In this document: piece by piece, positions 1-9,448 of the stretch | Position numbering within the stretch: the first letter of the stretch is position 1 | How the letters are laid out: every line of letters begins with the position of its first letter | Program-made: the position numbers and the translations under genes | The notes under the pieces: generated by a model | Databases searched by the model: none | Seen by the model: the letters and a program-made list of their open reading frames with translations, nothing else | What the model was told of the DNA's origin: nothing | NCBI GenBank assembly: GCA_036630325.1 | Contig: CP142731.1 | Location: 434,001 to 498,000 of the forward strand | Source of the DNA: Vairimorpha necatrix | Lineage: Eukaryota | Length of the DNA: 64,000 nt | Reading direction: 5' to 3'

Positions 1-308
1 CAAATTTGTCTTATTTGACATATATGATATTTATGACGTGTTTTATCCTTAAGATTTTGTTTGTTTACACCAATAAAAAATTTTACTTAAAAATATTGAC
101 AATTTAATCTTGTTTATATTGATAAGTATGATATTTATAGTATACTCTTGTATATAATTATATGTTAGAATAATGTAGTCTTGTTTTCATATATAAGTAT
201 GATATTGTTTATATAATCTTGTTTATAATACAATATTCCTTGTTTGTTTATATTGATAAATTAAAGAAAATATAATCTTGTTCTTAAATCTTTTATAGTA
301 ATTTTTTA

Positions 309-1187
309 TTAAGTGCTCTCCTCTCGTTTCGCTTTCTTTATTAATCCTTTATATTTCTTATAATCCCATTTAATTTCCACTCTTTCATTCTCATACCAAA
401 TATCTACACACTCTTCCAGTATATTTTTATACTTCTCAGATTGAATTATCTCCAAGACTAAAGTGGGGACCATCACATCTTTAAGGAATCCTGCTGCTAC
501 TTTCGCCATATCATTTTCCAGGGGATTTATGAAGTCATAATTTACTCCTATTCCATTATAAGCGATCTCTTGACTACACAGCCTCCAGAATTTCTCATAA
601 GAATCTTTAAAGAAGATACTTCCTTGATATTTAATATCTTTTTGATTTTTCTCATGATATTTGGTTTTTAATATATCGAAGAAGAGTTTCCCTAAGACTT
701 GACATCTGTAAGTTTCTTTATTCCTGTTTACTTTTTCAGGTTTGTCGTTTTTCCAGGGATTTACAGTTAAGGCGACTAGACCCTCCTCATTTGCTACTAT
801 GTGGTAAATTGGGGTAAAACATAGAGTCTTACTTTCTTCATTTTCAGCTTTCTCTAGTTCATTTGTAATTGTCGAGTCGTCTTCAGCTTCCTCTAGTTCA
901 TTTGTAATTGTCGAGTCGTCTTCTTCTTCATCTTGTTCATTTGCTATTGTCGAATCTTCGTCGTCGTAGTCTTCTTCTTCTGCTTCGTCTTGTTCATTTT
1001 CGCCGCCATGATCTTGTTTTTCTTCAACTTTGTCCAGTTGTTCATCTAGTTTTTCGCCTTGTTGTTCTTTATTATATAAATCGAGTCCCTTGCTTTTTCC
1101 TTTGATTTTCTCAAGTCCCCCTGGTTTTCCCGTTGCTGTACACATTTCCAGTAGATACAAAAATGATATTTTTTCCAGTACCTTCAT
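309..1187 (-). CDS. Hypothetical acidic protein, possibly secreted, with short D/E-rich tandem repeats
   Basis: 292-aa ORF; CCC motif 5 nt upstream of ATG (ccctaaaATG); weakly hydrophobic N-terminus; three (E/D)DST(I)(A/T)NE repeats; no family recognised. Confidence 0.7.
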   Translation of the reverse strand: MKVLEKISFLYLLEMCTATGKPGGLEKIKGKSKGLDLYNKEQQGEKLDEQLDKVEEKQDHGGENEQDEAEEEDYDDEDSTIANEQDEEEDDSTITNELEEAEDDSTITNELEKAENEESKTLCFTPIYHIVANEEGLVALTVNPWKNDKPEKVNRNKETYRCQVLGKLFFDILKTKYHEKNQKDIKYQGSIFFKDSYEKFWRLCSQEIAYNGIGVNYDFINPLENDMAKVAAGFLKDVMVPTLVLEIIQSEKYKNILEECVDIWYENERVEIKWDYKKYKGLIKKAKREEST

Positions 1188-1359
1188 TTTAGGGTGTAAA
1201 TATTACAATATAATATAATAATATAAAAAGTATATTTAAAATGTAAATATTAAAATGTTAATATTAATATCTACCATAATCTAAAAAGTATATTTAAAAT
1301 GTAAATATTACATTATAATATAATAATATATAAATATGCGTTTTTTATAAAATCCACTT

Positions 1360-3846
1360 TTATTTCTTAATGAAATACACCCCTGGGAAATTTAGCCCTG
1401 TCTCTTCCATTTGTAAAAGTGTACACCTCCCTCCACTTTTTATTTCTTCATCAGCTTTACTTATTTTTTCTTCTTCTACCACTGGTCTCGCTTTAAATTT
1501 CCTACTCTTTTTCAAATCTGGTACTTTTATTAATTCATTATCATAATTCTTATTATATTTCACATTTCTTTCTTGTAGATCTAAATTCTGATCAAATACA
1601 AAGAAGCCTGTTTCTTTCATATTTAGACTTATTAGATTTATAAAAGGATACCAGTACCAGTAATTTAGAAATAAGACTGCTCCGCATATTCTTTCTTTAG
1701 TAATTTTATTACATAGATTAGTAATACTAAATATTATATTTCTACCACCTGCTTCACTTAATCCTCTACCCAGCATAGCACCAAATTTGACAGAATTCTC
1801 TTCTGATCTGTCTATTATGATTTTATTAATTCTGTTTATAATTCTCTTGTAGTTTTTTACTAAGTGGTCATTACATTGCATGAGGACGAGGCCTATGCCA
1901 ATTAGAGCAGACTGCCTTACTAAAGGACATGAGTCATAAATGAGACCTTCTAGTAGATCACAGACCTTATTATTCCCTGTACCAGAGAAGAAGAATCCCA
2001 AAGTGACTCCTACTCCTGCTCTTACAGACATATTATGATTTTCTGCTAGTGGTTCGAGAGTAGAAATCAAGAGATCTCTGTCTAGACAGCAGACCAGACC
2101 CAAAGAAATGACAGCATTTCTCTTTATGTCATCATTTTCATTATTAATAAAAGGGAGTATTTTACTAATAACGAGTAAATTACCAGTACCCACGTACATA
2201 GTACCCCAACTTAGAATATTCATACTATTACTAGTACTATTAGATATATTATGTAATATATTTGTATTATGTAATATATTTGTATTATGTAATATATTAG
2301 ATACATTAGTACATACATTACTAGTACTATTAGATACATTTGTACTATTAAAACTTTGTAGTAGTGATTGAGATATACTTATTGATCTTTTGACTCTTTC
2401 ATATTCTGTCGTCTTATTTATCTCTTCTAAATACGCCATTAAGTTATCATCCCCTGTTCCACATCCTATAAGTCCCAGTCCGAGTACTGCCGCCTCATTA
2501 TAAATCGTATTCTTAAACTTAATCATCTTTTTTAATTTATCTACTATAAATTGATTATTAGACCCTAAATTAATAAGCCCTAAACCCATACAAACTCCAA
2601 ATACTAAATCTTCAGATAAGAACTCATCAGACTCAATAAAATAAAGAAGTAATTCATTATCTACTTCATTATAAGTACAATGATTTATAAGACCAAGAGC
2701 TTGTAAAGATCCACCATATGAACTAGTACTAGTAGTTTCTTTGTATGTTGACGATCTATCTTCTTTTTTAGTATACAAGGCGCTAGACTCATTTGGTATA
2801 TAATTCTTTAATATTTCATAAGGATTATCATTTTTAAAATGTATCATCCCTAAATTAGATATATCAGAATATCTTGACCATTCCTTAAGATTCCCAAATA
2901 TATCAGAATTATTCCTATAAAATGTATCATTTGTAGTACCAAGATTCATTAGAGAATTAACAAGACTAATATAAGGAGATCTAGATTTAGCAAGGGAATC
3001 TAGAAATTTAAAACTTGTAAGATTCTCTTGAACCATAAATTTAGTAAAGACTTCTTTTTTAAACTGACCTGATAAAATTAACATTAAACAATCTAAATCA
3101 GAACTATCAATATTATTATTATCATTTATATTATTATCAATAATATTGGGTAAGTTGTGGGTCTCTTGAATATAAAATGATAAACTATAACAAAGTGAAA
3201 TATCTGAACATAATAATTCTAATAATAACTTCTTAATTTCATTATGAGAATTAAAATACATGTAAGCATCTACTAAGACACATAATGTATCATAATTCTC
3301 CTTATTCTGATTTTTAATAATAAATTTAAAGAATCTTTCTTTGTCCTCAATTTCATTTACAATGAAATTGAGTAAAGATTTGTTTGTAATTTGTTTGCTG
3401 AAATATTTCTCAAATAAGTCAAATTCACCAATTGAGAACAAGAAGCCTATGCGATCTAAGTCATCTAAATCATTATTATTATTAATATTATTATTAATAT
3501 TGGTTATTAGGTTGATTATAAAGTCTTTACATTTATGATTATTATCTAATAATAATCTACTCATCATTCTCTCTATAAGTGCTTTACTATAAAAACTCTT
3601 CTCTTTTAAAAAGATCTCCCCGCTTTTTATGGCATAATCAATAGAAACTTCATAATCTTGGAGAATGAAATGTATCTTACTTAGACACAAAAGTGACTCA
3701 GGAGTAGAAGCAGAGAAGAGACTTATAAGGTCCTTCATATACAAAGCGAGTGTGTCAATATTGGGATTAATAATAGAAATGGCTTCTTGTTCTTTATTAT
3801 TTTCAAGAAGGTATTTTATATTTGGAAGAATTTTCAGAGACTGCAT
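1360..3846 (-). CDS. RPN2: 26S proteasome regulatory subunit Rpn2 (PSMD1)
   Basis: Rpn2-type N-terminal SKIHFILQDYEVSIDYAIKSG and PC repeats (NDDIKRNAVISLGL, NHNMSVRAGVGVTLG, PLVRQSALIGIGLV, VKFGAMLGRGL). Start moved to ATG 3846 (MQSLK), which follows a CCCCC motif. Confidence 0.92.
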   Translation of the reverse strand: MQSLKILPNIKYLLENNKEQEAISIINPNIDTLALYMKDLISLFSASTPESLLCLSKIHFILQDYEVSIDYAIKSGEIFLKEKSFYSKALIERMMSRLLLDNNHKCKDFIINLITNINNNINNNNDLDDLDRIGFLFSIGEFDLFEKYFSKQITNKSLLNFIVNEIEDKERFFKFIIKNQNKENYDTLCVLVDAYMYFNSHNEIKKLLLELLCSDISLCYSLSFYIQETHNLPNIIDNNINDNNNIDSSDLDCLMLILSGQFKKEVFTKFMVQENLTSFKFLDSLAKSRSPYISLVNSLMNLGTTNDTFYRNNSDIFGNLKEWSRYSDISNLGMIHFKNDNPYEILKNYIPNESSALYTKKEDRSSTYKETTSTSSYGGSLQALGLINHCTYNEVDNELLLYFIESDEFLSEDLVFGVCMGLGLINLGSNNQFIVDKLKKMIKFKNTIYNEAAVLGLGLIGCGTGDDNLMAYLEEINKTTEYERVKRSISISQSLLQSFNSTNVSNSTSNVCTNVSNILHNTNILHNTNILHNISNSTSNSMNILSWGTMYVGTGNLLVISKILPFINNENDDIKRNAVISLGLVCCLDRDLLISTLEPLAENHNMSVRAGVGVTLGFFFSGTGNNKVCDLLEGLIYDSCPLVRQSALIGIGLVLMQCNDHLVKNYKRIINRINKIIIDRSEENSVKFGAMLGRGLSEAGGRNIIFSITNLCNKITKERICGAVLFLNYWYWYPFINLISLNMKETGFFVFDQNLDLQERNVKYNKNYDNELIKVPDLKKSRKFKARPVVEEEKISKADEEIKSGGRCTLLQMEETGLNFPGVYFIKK

Positions 3847-4166
3847 GAATAAAATGGGGGTAAACAAAAAAAAGAAAAATAAAAAAAAACAAAATAGTGA
3901 AAACATTATAATTATTAGAATGAAGATATACAAATTAGAAGATAATATTGTATAAATTAGATTGAAAACATTGTAATAATTAGAATGAAAACATCATAAT
4001 TATTAGAATGAAAACATGGGTTTATTTATTATAAGATAATGTCAACATCTACAAAGACAAACATAATAGAAACATAATAGAAACATATTACAAACATAAT
4101 ACTGAACTATATTAATACAACTAGAATAATAATACTGAACTATAATATTATTTTAAACTTTATTGG

Positions 4167-5852
4167 TTAAAAATGCTTCACTTTGTAAATGTATAGACCT
4201 CTAGTACAGTCATACTCTTCATACTCCTTAACTCCATCCTTCTTAAGGTCATATATAAATCTATCCTGTATTCCTTTACTAGGATACTTCTCAGCCTTGC
4301 CTATTATCATCCCTTCCTCTGTCTTACTCAAAGGATAAACCTTCTCTATTGTAACTCTAGCAGGCTTATTTAATCCTTCTCCTGGTTTATCTGTCAAATA
4401 CACATGACTCCCACTAAATAAGATCTTCTTATTAACATTCTCTACTGTCAAATCTGATACAGAAACAGGCTCTAAATACTCTATCTTCCCTTTACTAGGG
4501 AAGATAAGTGTCATATTATTAATCCTGTTCATACCTCTGATCTCATTGAGATCAGGAGAGAAATAAACTTCAAGAAGTTTATTACTCTCTGGGGATCTGT
4601 AATCAAGAGTGTGCTCGACTGGCAACTTAGAAGGGACAAGGGGCTCGGCAAGGAGTCTCTGGAAAGGAGAGAGCTCTTTCTCAATGAAGTGGAACTTCAT
4701 GTCTTTAGTCCCGTAGGGATCAGACTTGTCTACTTGTGTACAAGACACTGACGGGTTTAAAAGGGGAGATTGAGTCATATTAGACTGATCAAGTTTCTGC
4801 TGAGGGAAAATAGATTGATTAGAAATGAAAGATTGACTGGTGACTTCATTCACAGGAGGATTTGTAGTCTGGAATATATTACCACTTGGTTGAGGCACAT
4901 TGCCGAAAATGGTATTAGTAGGGGCTGGTTGGGGGACATTGGAGAATATGTTACCACTCGGCTGAGGCACATTGGAGAATATATTATTGCTTGGCTGGGG
5001 TACATTGGAGAATATGTTATTGCTTGGTGTATTTGGCTGAGGCACATTGGAGAATATGTTTGTACTTGGCGCACTTGACTGAGGCACATTGGCAAATATA
5101 TTTCCATTTGGCGCACTCGGCTGAGGCACATTGGCAAATATATTATTGTTTGGCTGAGGCATATTACTATTTGGCTGGGGTACATTGCTGAATACATTTG
5201 TACTTGGCGCACTTGGCTGGGGTACATTGCTGAATACATTTGTACTTGGTACACTTGGTTGATTATTTGTTTGTGTCGTAGAAGTAAATAAGGCTGGAGG
5301 TTGTCTCTGGGCATTTGCAGTCGGGAGACTGAAGGAATCTGTGGCTGTAGCAGAAGAAGTCTGATTAAATGGCCATGCTGTACTACTCGTCGTGTTACTA
5401 TTAATAGTGGTACTTGGGACTGGCAGGGTATTATTTACACTTGTCATATTAGAAAGCATATTATTTGGGCCTGGTAACATATTACTTGTAGTCAATACAT
5501 TACTAGTAGTAATACTAGTATTACTACTTATATTACTACTTATATTACTTTGATTTGTAGTAGATTGTAAGGCGGGATTGGGTCTTCTTCCTAAATTATA
5601 ATCTTCATATCTTAACTCATCACAACTCTTCTCTGAATACTCTTTCATCACATTAATATGACGAAACTCTAATAATCCAAATCCCCTATCATCTCTAATC
5701 TTCTGTGGCTCATATTGTTTAACTCTAGTCCCATTCTTAGGAGTCAAACTAGTCTGATTAAAAATACTCCCTATTCCTTGATTATACGAATTAGAACTAG
5801 GCTGATTATTGTAAATTCCACTACTGAACAAATTATTCATATTATTCTGCAT
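4167..5852 (-). CDS. NUP98: Nup98/Nup145N/Nup116-like nucleoporin (GLEBS motif, repeat region, autopeptidase-like domain)
   Basis: GLEBS-like HINVMKEYSEKSCDELRYEDY; C-terminal KPGEGLNKPARVTIEKVYP...YKVKHF; ATG 5852 follows cccttcaaa. Confidence 0.88.
   Translation of the reverse strand: MQNNMNNLFSSGIYNNQPSSNSYNQGIGSIFNQTSLTPKNGTRVKQYEPQKIRDDRGFGLLEFRHINVMKEYSEKSCDELRYEDYNLGRRPNPALQSTTNQSNISSNISSNTSITTSNVLTTSNMLPGPNNMLSNMTSVNNTLPVPSTTINSNTTSSTAWPFNQTSSATATDSFSLPTANAQRQPPALFTSTTQTNNQPSVPSTNVFSNVPQPSAPSTNVFSNVPQPNSNMPQPNNNIFANVPQPSAPNGNIFANVPQSSAPSTNIFSNVPQPNTPSNNIFSNVPQPSNNIFSNVPQPSGNIFSNVPQPAPTNTIFGNVPQPSGNIFQTTNPPVNEVTSQSFISNQSIFPQQKLDQSNMTQSPLLNPSVSCTQVDKSDPYGTKDMKFHFIEKELSPFQRLLAEPLVPSKLPVEHTLDYRSPESNKLLEVYFSPDLNEIRGMNRINNMTLIFPSKGKIEYLEPVSVSDLTVENVNKKILFSGSHVYLTDKPGEGLNKPARVTIEKVYPLSKTEEGMIIGKAEKYPSKGIQDRFIYDLKKDGVKEYEEYDCTRGLYIYKVKHF
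4870..5250 (-). repeat. Coding tandem repeat, nine (N/T)(I/V)F(S/A/G)NVPQ units
   Basis: Visible in the translation and as repeated ggctgaggcacattgg DNA units; boundaries approximate. Confidence 0.9.
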
Positions 5853-5911
5853 TTTGAAGGGTATCAAAAAAAATAAAAAATATTTTCATTTTTTTACCCC
5901 TTAAAAATAAT
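5853..5911. promoter_or_regulatory. 59-bp bidirectional promoter region (NUP98-like / TFIIA-gamma)
   Basis: Divergent ATGs at 5852 and 5912, each preceded by a CCC motif on its own strand, with an A/T tract between them. Confidence 0.7.
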
Positions 5912-6253
5912 ATGGACGAATTTTATAGACAATCAGTCATAGGCCTGGCACTAGTAAACGCTATAGACGTGAGAGTCGAGCAAAACATACTAACACCTAA
6001 ACAGGCAAAATTTATATTAAAGAAATTTGATGAAAGTATACCAGTAGTCTTTAATAGAACAGTGAGTGGTACTTTAAGTTTTAAAGGGAAAATAGTGTCT
6101 TATAATTATGTGGAAGGTGTATGGAAATTCGTGGTTAAAAATTTTTGTATGTACGTTAATAATGAATATTATAAAACTAATTTGATAAAAATAGTGGCAT
6201 GTGATGCGGAAACTAATGCTGAAGTGACTAGACGAAGGAAAAAGAAAAATTAG
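5912..6253 (+). CDS. TOA2: Transcription initiation factor IIA gamma (small) subunit
   Basis: FYRQSVIGLAL...KFDESI...LSFKGKIVSYNYVEGVWKFVVKN...IKIVACD matches the TFIIA-gamma consensus. Confidence 0.93.
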   Translation: MDEFYRQSVIGLALVNAIDVRVEQNILTPKQAKFILKKFDESIPVVFNRTVSGTLSFKGKIVSYNYVEGVWKFVVKNFCMYVNNEYYKTNLIKIVACDAETNAEVTRRRKKKN

Positions 6254-6459
6254 AAAAAAAAATAAAATGTAAAAAAAAAGAAAAATTTATATAATCTTTA
6301 ATTATATATATATATATTTTATTTGTAGTACTAATAAATTAATGTTATAGAACTACAATAATGTATAATTAATTTAATAATATATTATTAATATTAACAG
6401 TGTATAAATTTATAAATAATTTGATTTATCATTTTTCAGTTATTAATTTATACTGTCAT

Positions 6460-6680
6460 AGACAGTATAAATTAATTTTAAAGAATACTAGTAAATTAAA
6501 TTGGAATTTAAACTATTAATTTTAAAGAATACTAGTATGTTAAAAGTAATACTATTAATTTTAAAGAATACTAGTATGTTAAAAGTAATACTATTAATTT
6601 TAAGATTAATTTTAAAGAATAATATGACAGTAAATTAAAATAAAAGTAATACTATTGATTTTAAGATTAATTTTAAATAA
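6460..6680. repeat. AT-rich intergenic tandem repeat (~39-bp unit actattaattttaaagaatactagtatgttaaaagtaat and variants)
   Basis: Two exact copies at ~6512-6590 plus degenerate flanking copies. Confidence 0.75.
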
Positions 6681-6762
6681 TAATTTAGTTACAAGGTCAC
6701 CACTGAATTTAATAATACAAGATTTTATTTAATATTTCCGTTATTAATATTTTTATCCCCAA

Positions 6763-8349
6763 ATGAAATATATTCTAAAGAACATCATTGGCGAAGGCGC
6801 TTGTGGTAAAGTTTATAAAGGTCTATCAAATAATAACGAACTCGTTAGTATAAAAATTATACCGAAAAATAAAAAATCGCAAAAAGAAATAAATATTTTA
6901 TCTACTATAAATCACGAAAACATTGTAAAATTCATAGACGTCTGTAAAGACTCTCAAGATTTCTGGCTTATAACTGAACTATGTGAATACAACTTGATAA
7001 CTTTTATAAACCAATACAACGTAGACTGTAATATAGCAAAAAAAATAATCAGAATGGTTTTATTAGGACTAGAATATTTACACTCTCATAATATAATTCA
7101 TAGAGATATAAAACTAGGTAATATTCTTATAAATGACAACTCAATCAAAATCTGCGATTTTGGTTTGAGTTGCTATGAAAACAAAAATAAATTTACTGTG
7201 TGTGGTACTGAAGACTATGTAGCACCAGAAGTCATAAATAAAACATCATATACTAAAAGTATAGACATTTATTCAACTGGTAAAGTTTTTAAAACTTTAT
7301 TGAGTCTTAAAAATCAATATGATAATAATTGTAACGATCTAATGATGAAAATGTTAGAAGAAAATCCATTAAGAAGAATTACAGCATACGAAGCATTGCG
7401 TCATCCTGTGTTTGAAGATTTTTTGCCTAAATTTTGCGATTTTAGATATTTGAAAAATTTTAAAATTAATGAAAGATGCGGAATAATAGAAAAAATAGAC
7501 AATGTTGTCTATTTTGATAATTCAAAAGTAGAAATATATGATCTAAGAAGTGCAGGATTAACTAAACGGAATATTATAAATATTGCAAAATCTAAAAATT
7601 CTGAAGATTTTAATACTTCAAATTTGTATAATATGACTTATAATAACATTTTAGATTACGAATTCGTCTTTTATTATAAAAATATAAAAACAGAAATATT
7701 CTTGTTTACTAATTCTGAACTTAAAAAAATTATCTATGGTATGGCTTACCTGAATATTAATATGGAGAGACTTACTTTAATAATCATAGAAGATAAAGAT
7801 TACAAATTTACATATCGATTAAATGATACATACGTTTATATTGAAGATAAAATGACTATAAAGAGAAGATATGATAAAGGAAAAAAAATATTTTTTTACG
7901 AAAAAACAGACATGGTCACAAGAGCCAAAACACAATTTGAAACATTACCTGAAATGTTTAAAAAAAGAAAAATGGATGACTTATATCAAAAATGTAGGAG
8001 AAATTTGATAAATATTGATTTAAAAAACCTTCCATTATTAATTAGGCCGGAAGATTTGAAATCAAATATTAATTTAAAGAATTTACCTACTGTAAGTTCA
8101 TTTGGAAGTTTTATGGATATGAAATTAATTGAGGACATTATTTATCGCCACAAATTTGACATAGGCTGGTGTATAAAGAAAAAAACTAATTTAATAATTT
8201 TATTAAATAACGGTGAGCGTCTAGAAATCGAATTATTAGAAATGCTTGTCATTTATCGTCATGACAAATTCATTATTAACAATAATCTGCCGATAGATAT
8301 AAAAAAGTATTTAAAAACCATTCGTCCTTTATTACTTATGTATTTATGA
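6763..8349 (+). CDS. Polo-like Ser/Thr kinase, PLK4/SAK-like
   Basis: Kinase motifs GEGACGKV, HRDIKLGN, DFG, TVCGTEDYVAPE; C-terminal IGWC...LLNNGERLEI...NLPIDIKKYL resembles the single PB3 polo box of PLK4; ccccaaATG start. Kinase call is firm, subfamily is less so. Confidence 0.75.
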   Translation: MKYILKNIIGEGACGKVYKGLSNNNELVSIKIIPKNKKSQKEINILSTINHENIVKFIDVCKDSQDFWLITELCEYNLITFINQYNVDCNIAKKIIRMVLLGLEYLHSHNIIHRDIKLGNILINDNSIKICDFGLSCYENKNKFTVCGTEDYVAPEVINKTSYTKSIDIYSTGKVFKTLLSLKNQYDNNCNDLMMKMLEENPLRRITAYEALRHPVFEDFLPKFCDFRYLKNFKINERCGIIEKIDNVVYFDNSKVEIYDLRSAGLTKRNIINIAKSKNSEDFNTSNLYNMTYNNILDYEFVFYYKNIKTEIFLFTNSELKKIIYGMAYLNINMERLTLIIIEDKDYKFTYRLNDTYVYIEDKMTIKRRYDKGKKIFFYEKTDMVTRAKTQFETLPEMFKKRKMDDLYQKCRRNLINIDLKNLPLLIRPEDLKSNINLKNLPTVSSFGSFMDMKLIEDIIYRHKFDIGWCIKKKTNLIILLNNGERLEIELLEMLVIYRHDKFIINNNLPIDIKKYLKTIRPLLLMYL

Positions 8350-8431
8350 TAACTTATAAATTGATACGTTATTAATTAAATTTATTGTAAATAGAAAGAC
8401 TTCCTATAAAAATTTTTAATTTTTTACCCAT

Positions 8432-8701
8432 ATGAAAATGGTCGAAACTCAAATGCTTTTCGTTGATAATATTCCCAGGGTATCAATTCCGAGACTAAGA
8501 AAAATGTTCTGTAAATATGGTACCATTTTGAAAGCGGGTATTGGGAATAGAGCTGATACTCAAGGTATAGGGTTTATTGTTTATGAGAAGGTGAGTGAAG
8601 CCGTAGAAGCTTATAATGCAATGAATAATGTTACTTATGAAAATAAGTATATAAAAATAAGATTTTATCAGCCATTTAACTTGGGAAATAGGAGTCTTTA
8701 A
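8432..8701 (+). CDS. SF3B6: Splicing factor SF3B14/p14 (SF3B6)-like RRM protein
   Basis: LFVDNIP...MFCKYGTI...IGNRADTQGIGFIVYE...KYIKIRFYQP parallels p14 (LYIRNLP...IFGKYGPI...VGNTPETRGTAYVVYE); cccatATG start. Confidence 0.8.
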   Translation: MKMVETQMLFVDNIPRVSIPRLRKMFCKYGTILKAGIGNRADTQGIGFIVYEKVSEAVEAYNAMNNVTYENKYIKIRFYQPFNLGNRSL

Positions 8702-9448
8702 ACATTGTTAATAAATTATTTATTTTTTTCAAACCAATATCGCATTATGTCTTGGTTATGTAGTCGAATTAATTAGTTATATTTCTACTAATAAAAATCT
8801 TATAGGTATTTAACCTCTAAATTATCTTAAAAATGGTAATTTTTTTGCTGCTGAAGATTCTAACTAGGCTTTAACTTTTTGAGCAGATAAAAAAACTACT
8901 GTATTTGGCGATTTAAAAGAAATATTGCGATTCCGCAATTTTGTTGCACTCAGTGACTGTTTATACACATAAAATCTTTATATTATGTATAACCAATATT
9001 AATGGCTATCTTGTGCATTGTTATTATTAGTTTGTTTATATTTTTTTCTTCAAATCAAAATATAGAACCACTTTGCAGTTTATATAATATTTAAATTTTA
9101 AAATGTGATATTATTACCATCTCATCAGTTTTTTAGTTGAAACCTCAATTTTGAAAAAAAATCTTTTTTTTGGTTTTTAGCTTTAATTTTTTGTGTATTA
9201 AATGTACAAAATTTTAATTATAAAATTCTTAATATTTTTTTTAAGATTTTAATTTACACTACTTAATATATCTTTGTTACTACTTTTTTCTTTTACTCTG
9301 ACGTCATGTGGTTTTGTATTATATTGTGATATATCTACTCTTTTTTAATAATTTACCCCTGCCTCATTCTAATTAAGATTTTATATTCTTTTTAAAGTTT
9401 AACGGTAACGGCTTTACTTAATTTTAAAATTAAACTGCCCCAAAGACA

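Noticed and set aside
3847-3933. Hydrophobic 29-aa N-terminal extension of Rpn2 in the ORF track
   Set aside because: It is the T-rich promoter read in frame; the CCC motif points to ATG 3846.
4770-5314. Overlapping alternative-frame ORFs with repeats; CRISPR-like periodicity
   Set aside because: Shadows of the nucleoporin coding repeat; no unique spacers, no cas genes, eukaryotic context.
8833-8882. ATG followed by an intron-like GTAATT...CTAACTAG (8836-8867)
   Set aside because: Splicing gives only MALTF-stop, and there is no CCC motif upstream.
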